A stretch of DNA of 11,583 bases, from contig JBDGSL010000028.1 of the NCBI GenBank assembly GCA_042217555.1, forward strand, positions 1 to 11,583, read 5' to 3'. The stretch comes from Candidatus Nanohalobium sp. GTDB lineage: Archaea > Nanohalarchaeota > Nanosalinia > Nanosalinales > Nanosalinaceae. The position numbers were made by a program, and so were the translations under genes. Below are positions 8,533-11,583 of the stretch, piece after piece. Below the pieces are notes generated by a model. That model was not told the origin of the DNA, did no database searches, and saw nothing but the letters and a program-made list of their open reading frames with translations. Position 1 is the stretch's first letter, and the number at the start of each line of letters is the position of its first letter.

Positions 8533-8724
8533 ATGCCAAAGATAACAGTCGATATCCCTCGGCATCTACTCGAGGATCTTGATGAACATACTGGAGATGA
8601 CAAAAAATTCGTTAACAGATCAGATGCAATTCGTGCCTCAATCCGTAAGACCTTGGATTTCATGGATGAGATTGATGAGAAACATGGTAGAGCAGAAGAT
8701 GCCCGTGAGGAGGATAAAGAATGA
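8533..8724 (+). CDS. Ribbon-helix-helix (CopG/Arc/MetJ) transcriptional regulator
   Basis: MPKITVDIP..LLEDLD.......FVNRSDAIRASIR is a classic RHH pattern. ATGA overlap with the next gene. Confidence 0.85.
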   Translation: MPKITVDIPRHLLEDLDEHTGDDKKFVNRSDAIRASIRKTLDFMDEIDEKHGRAEDAREEDKE

Positions 8725-9443
8725 TAGAAAATATTCTGCTCTGGACTCTACTAACATTAACAGGTGCGACTGCTACAGTTCTCCTTGGGGAGCGATATGG
8801 ATATGAAGTCATTATCGGAGTATTCGCCGGGTTAATTGTAACTGCACAGATATTAGCCAATAAGACAGTCACAATACTTGAGTTTACAGTTCCTGCAGGA
8901 GTTCTAGTCTACTCAACCAGCTATTTACTGACAGATGTTTTAGCTGAGTTTCACGGTAATAAAGAAGCTAAAAAGGCCGTCTGGAGCGGATTTATGGGTT
9001 CAATTCTGCTGGTATTAAGCATCAATATTGCAATCTCTTGGCCCGGAGCTGCTTTCTGGAAGGGTCAAGAAGCATTTGCACAGGCATTAGGTTCTACTTG
9101 GAGGATTGTAGCAGCATCTCTTGGAGCCTATCTCGTGAGCCAGAACTTAGATGTGTTCCTATTCCATAAGATCAGAGATAGAACAGGAGAATCCAAGCTT
9201 TACCTCAGGAACATTCTTTCCACGGGAGTCTCACAGTTTGTAGACACTGTCATCTTCATAGTAATAGCATTTTACGGGGTAATGCCAATTGTTCCTCTCA
9301 TCATAGGACAGTACATCATTAAGCTTGGAATTGCAGCACTTGACACGCCATTCCTCTATTCAGTTAAGTACTTCAAGAACAGCAAATGGGCGAACTACCA
9401 ACTTCCAAGCTTCGATTTCAGAGGGATGATAACAAGTGACTAA
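8721..9443 (+). CDS. yhhQ: Queuosine precursor (preQ0/preQ1) transporter, VUT/YhhQ family
   Basis: Multi-pass hydrophobic protein with AQILANK, YLLTDVLAEFHG...A...VW.GF, RIVAASL.AYLVSQ.LDV, RN..ST.VSQFVDT.IF..IAF and K...A.LDTP. Confidence 0.9.
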   Translation: MIENILLWTLLTLTGATATVLLGERYGYEVIIGVFAGLIVTAQILANKTVTILEFTVPAGVLVYSTSYLLTDVLAEFHGNKEAKKAVWSGFMGSILLVLSINIAISWPGAAFWKGQEAFAQALGSTWRIVAASLGAYLVSQNLDVFLFHKIRDRTGESKLYLRNILSTGVSQFVDTVIFIVIAFYGVMPIVPLIIGQYIIKLGIAALDTPFLYSVKYFKNSKWANYQLPSFDFRGMITSD

Positions 9444-10107
9444 GGCCTTAGTACTGCTTTCTGGAGGTATAGACTCAGCAGTTTGCCTCCGGAAGGCACT
9501 CCAACAACATTCAGAAGTAGAAGCTATTCACTTTGATTACGGGCAACAAACAGAGCACATAGAGCGCAGAAACGCTCAGAAACAGTGCAGGGAAAAAGAT
9601 GTTGAACTAGAAATCGTAGATTACAGAGATGTCTTCAGCAACTTTGCTGAGGGAACAGTCAGAGACAAAGAGTATAACTCTAGTAACACTGTAGAAGACG
9701 AGCACTCTGTTGGTTATGTGCCTCAGCGAAATCTACACTTATTGACCTCGGCAGCGGCAAAAGCAGAACATCACAGCGAAACAGGTGAAGAAATATTTCT
9801 GTATATAGGTGTTCAGAGCGGAGACGCCGGAGATTATCCAGACTGCCGTCCGGAGTTCATGGAGTTAGCAGAAAAGACTATTAACCAAGCGACAGAACAG
9901 CACGAGTTTAATATTGAGACTCCTTTAATCTCTAGATCCAAGGAGGAAGTATTAGAACTCGGTCAGGAGCTCGGTGTAACCTGGGAATTGACTTTTAGCT
10001 GTTACAACGATGAAAATGAGAACCCATGTGGGGAATGTCCGGCATGTATTGAGAGGGAAGAGGCTTTCCAGAAAATCGATTTTGATGACCCAATTCGCCA
10101 AGAATAA
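9436..10107 (+). CDS. queC: 7-cyano-7-deazaguanine (preQ0) synthase QueC
   Basis: PP-loop LSGGIDS, FDYGQ, YVPQRN, YPDCRPEF, and Zn ligands SCY...CGECPAC..R. GTG start overlaps the yhhQ stop. Confidence 0.95.
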   Translation: MTKALVLLSGGIDSAVCLRKALQQHSEVEAIHFDYGQQTEHIERRNAQKQCREKDVELEIVDYRDVFSNFAEGTVRDKEYNSSNTVEDEHSVGYVPQRNLHLLTSAAAKAEHHSETGEEIFLYIGVQSGDAGDYPDCRPEFMELAEKTINQATEQHEFNIETPLISRSKEEVLELGQELGVTWELTFSCYNDENENPCGECPACIEREEAFQKIDFDDPIRQE

Positions 10108-10132
10108 AACCATTAGTTAGTTAAATAGATAT

Positions 10133-10475
10133 ATGGCTAATCTCAGAGATAATCTTCTGCATGTTCTGGATAACTACGAGTCTGCAAGTTCTGAAGAATT
10201 CGCAGGCCACCCGATAAAGGATGTAATTAAGGAGGATTTGCCCGAGAATATTAATTCAGCTCTTGAAGAGTTTGGAAATCTTGAGGTAAAAGGTTCTGCT
10301 GGAAAGGGCAACTGGACTTCTACTCCATATATTGCTATAATGGACAGCCGAGAGACGAATACTCCGCAGGAAGGAGTTTATGTCGATTACCTTTTCAAAT
10401 ATGATGAAGGGAAGGTCTATCTTGCTATTGATCAAGGTTATACTCAATTGACAGAAGATTATGGTAAAAGAGAAA
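10133..10475 (+). pseudogene. Truncated McrB-like N-terminal DNA-binding domain (DUF3578/MrcB_N)
   Basis: VKGSAGKGNW...PYIAIMD.RET..PQEGVYV.YLF...VYLAIDQG. After ~YGKR the frame becomes Arg-rich and unlike the acidic proteome until the stop at 10627. No AAA+ domain follows. Confidence 0.7.
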
Positions 10476-11057
10476 GCGGAATCCGAGGACTTCAACCTGG
10501 CAACCATCGAGAGCGGATCACAGAGAATCGCTACAATGGAAAGCGAGGAAAAAGAGATTGCAGTATACCACGACAGCTCCGCCAGAGATCTCGACATAGA
10601 GTTCAAGTTCGATCCAGAAGAAGATAGCGATGAACCTTACTGAAGGCCTGAAGAAGTGGAGTTAAAGTCCCGTGAAATTATCAGCGAGTACTTCAACAAG
10701 AAAACCCGAGAAGTTACAGGAAGGCCTGATGTTATACTGGTCGAAATTATCGATAAAGATTTAGAGGACAGAGAATTCTTCATCACCGAGGTCAAAAACT
10801 CCACCAACGAGAAAACCATCAAGAGAGGTATCAAAGAGGCCTTAGAGTACCTTGCGTTTCTCAGAGACGGAGATGATTTCATCTATGAAAGAGAAAATCT
10901 GGGTGGAGAAAAGTCAGGCCTGCTAGTTGTCCAGGATTTCGAAGATGAGAACAGAGGAACTGATTTAGAGGATCAGGAAGGCCCTGTCAGGATTGTTGAG
11001 GCCTCTAAACTTGAAGATGATATAGAAGCTTTAATTGAGGAGAAGATTTCGGTTTAG
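10461..11057 (+). pseudogene. C-terminal fragment of an McrC-like PD-(D/E)xK nuclease, interrupted by an in-frame TGA at 10641-10643
   Basis: ORFs 10461-10643 and 10656-11057 share one frame separated by a single TGA (...DEPY*RPEEVELK...). Motifs GRPDVILVE...ITEVKNS...IKRGIKEALEYL. Confidence 0.65.
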
Positions 11058-11180
11058 TTGACTAGATTAATGGATTTGAAAAAAGTTTTTAATTTTTAAC
11101 TTGCATTTTGATTGTTACTAATAATCACGGTCTATATGACCATCAGGAGATAGCTAATTATCTCCGAACTGGTGAGATTG

Positions 11181-11327
11181 ATGAGCAAAGACTTCCTCCG
11201 AAACGAAAAAGAAGTTAGAGAAGAGTCTAGAGAGACTTTGGACTATCTTAATGAGGAAGATGAAGACGAAGGGTTTCTTAGAAATGAGTTCAAGAAGCTC
11301 AGAAAGCTTTCAGGCGGAATTCTGTAA
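11181..11327 (+). CDS. Small acidic hypothetical protein, 48 aa (absent from the ORF track)
   Basis: MSKDFLRNEKEVREESRETLDYLNEEDEDEGFLRNEFKKLRKLSGGIL*. GGTGA at 11171-11175 lies 5 nt before the ATG; composition matches the other genes. Confidence 0.5.
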   Translation: MSKDFLRNEKEVREESRETLDYLNEEDEDEGFLRNEFKKLRKLSGGIL

Positions 11328-11375
11328 GAAATTTACTTGATTTCAGTTAACTCAATGACTATTTTATGAATATGA

Positions 11376-11582
11376 CTAGCTCGCTGTCTTTGGCTCTAAG
11401 TGGCTTTTGCCTTGTGTTTGTAGCCAGTCGCCGGCTGCGCGAAGGTTTTCTTCGTTTATTTCCAGTTCTCCGTTGCCGAGTCTTACTGCCGGTCCGTTGG
11501 GGTCCTGGTGTGAGGCCTTTTGTGCGGTGTCGTTGTCGTAGAGGAATGCTGTGGTTTCTCCGACCCATCTGTGGATTCCGCC
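11376..11582 (-). CDS. 3' end of a hypothetical protein (partial, starts beyond the window)
   Basis: Open - frame from the edge: GGIHRWVGETTAFLYDNDTAQKASHQDPNGPAVRLGNGELEINEENLRAAGDWLQTQGKSHLEPKTAS, TAG at 11376-11378. More plausible composition than the listed Arg-rich ORF 11359-11568. Confidence 0.65.
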   Translation of the reverse strand, partial: GGIHRWVGETTAFLYDNDTAQKASHQDPNGPAVRLGNGELEINEENLRAAGDWLQTQGKSHLEPKTAS

Positions 11583-11583
11583 G

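Noticed and set aside
8579..8872. ORFs 8579-8806 (+) and 8660-8872 (-)
   Set aside because: Overlap the well-supported RHH and yhhQ genes in other frames.
10476..10627. Arg-rich C-terminus of the 164-aa ORF as a real domain
   Set aside because: Out-of-frame read-through past the junction; the +1 frame carries the acidic, protein-like sequence.
10641..10643. TGA recoding (alternative code or selenocysteine)
   Set aside because: TGA acts as a normal stop for the RHH gene (ATGA overlap at 8721-8724), no other gene has an internal TGA, and the context is already disrupted.
10256..10882. Minus-strand ORFs 10256-10606 and 10637-10882
   Set aside because: Antisense shadows of the McrB/McrC-like remnants.
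11359..11568. 69-aa Arg-rich minus-strand ORF
   Set aside because: Wrong frame; the alternative frame ending at 11376 fits the proteome composition better.
1..11583. CRISPR array, tRNA/rRNA, IS element, preQ1 riboswitch, or complete DISARM/CBASS/Qat system
   Set aside because: No repeat-spacer pattern, RNA gene or transposase was seen by eye. The RHH operon looks leaderless, leaving no room for a riboswitch. No methyltransferase, CD-NTase or QatA/B/D gene is present.

Overview
AT-rich accessory (defence-island-like) region from a salt-adapted archaeon. Proteins are very acidic, promoters look TATA-type and leaderless, and GGTGA ribosome-binding sites occur; a nanohaloarchaeon-like source is inferred, not proven. 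The core is a 7-deazaguanine locus in three units: (i) DUF6884-like gene, divergent TGT/DpdA-like transglycosylase and GHKL/MORC-type ATPase on +, with a GIY-YIG nuclease transcribed divergently; (ii) a convergent DpdJ-like DExH helicase with a DUF1998-like C-terminus plus a DpdK-like PLD nuclease on -; (iii) RHH regulator, YhhQ-like preQ0/preQ1 transporter and QueC on +. A collapsed McrBC-like remnant follows (McrB N-terminal domain joined out of frame to an McrC-like PD-(D/E)xK C-terminus carrying an in-frame TGA), then a small unannotated ORF and a higher-GC partial gene at the right edge. Best hypothesis: a compact archaeal variant of the Dpd deazaguanine DNA modification/restriction system in which a GHKL ATPase and DUF6884 stand where DpdB/DpdC would be. 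All family calls come from motif recognition by eye; no searches were run.
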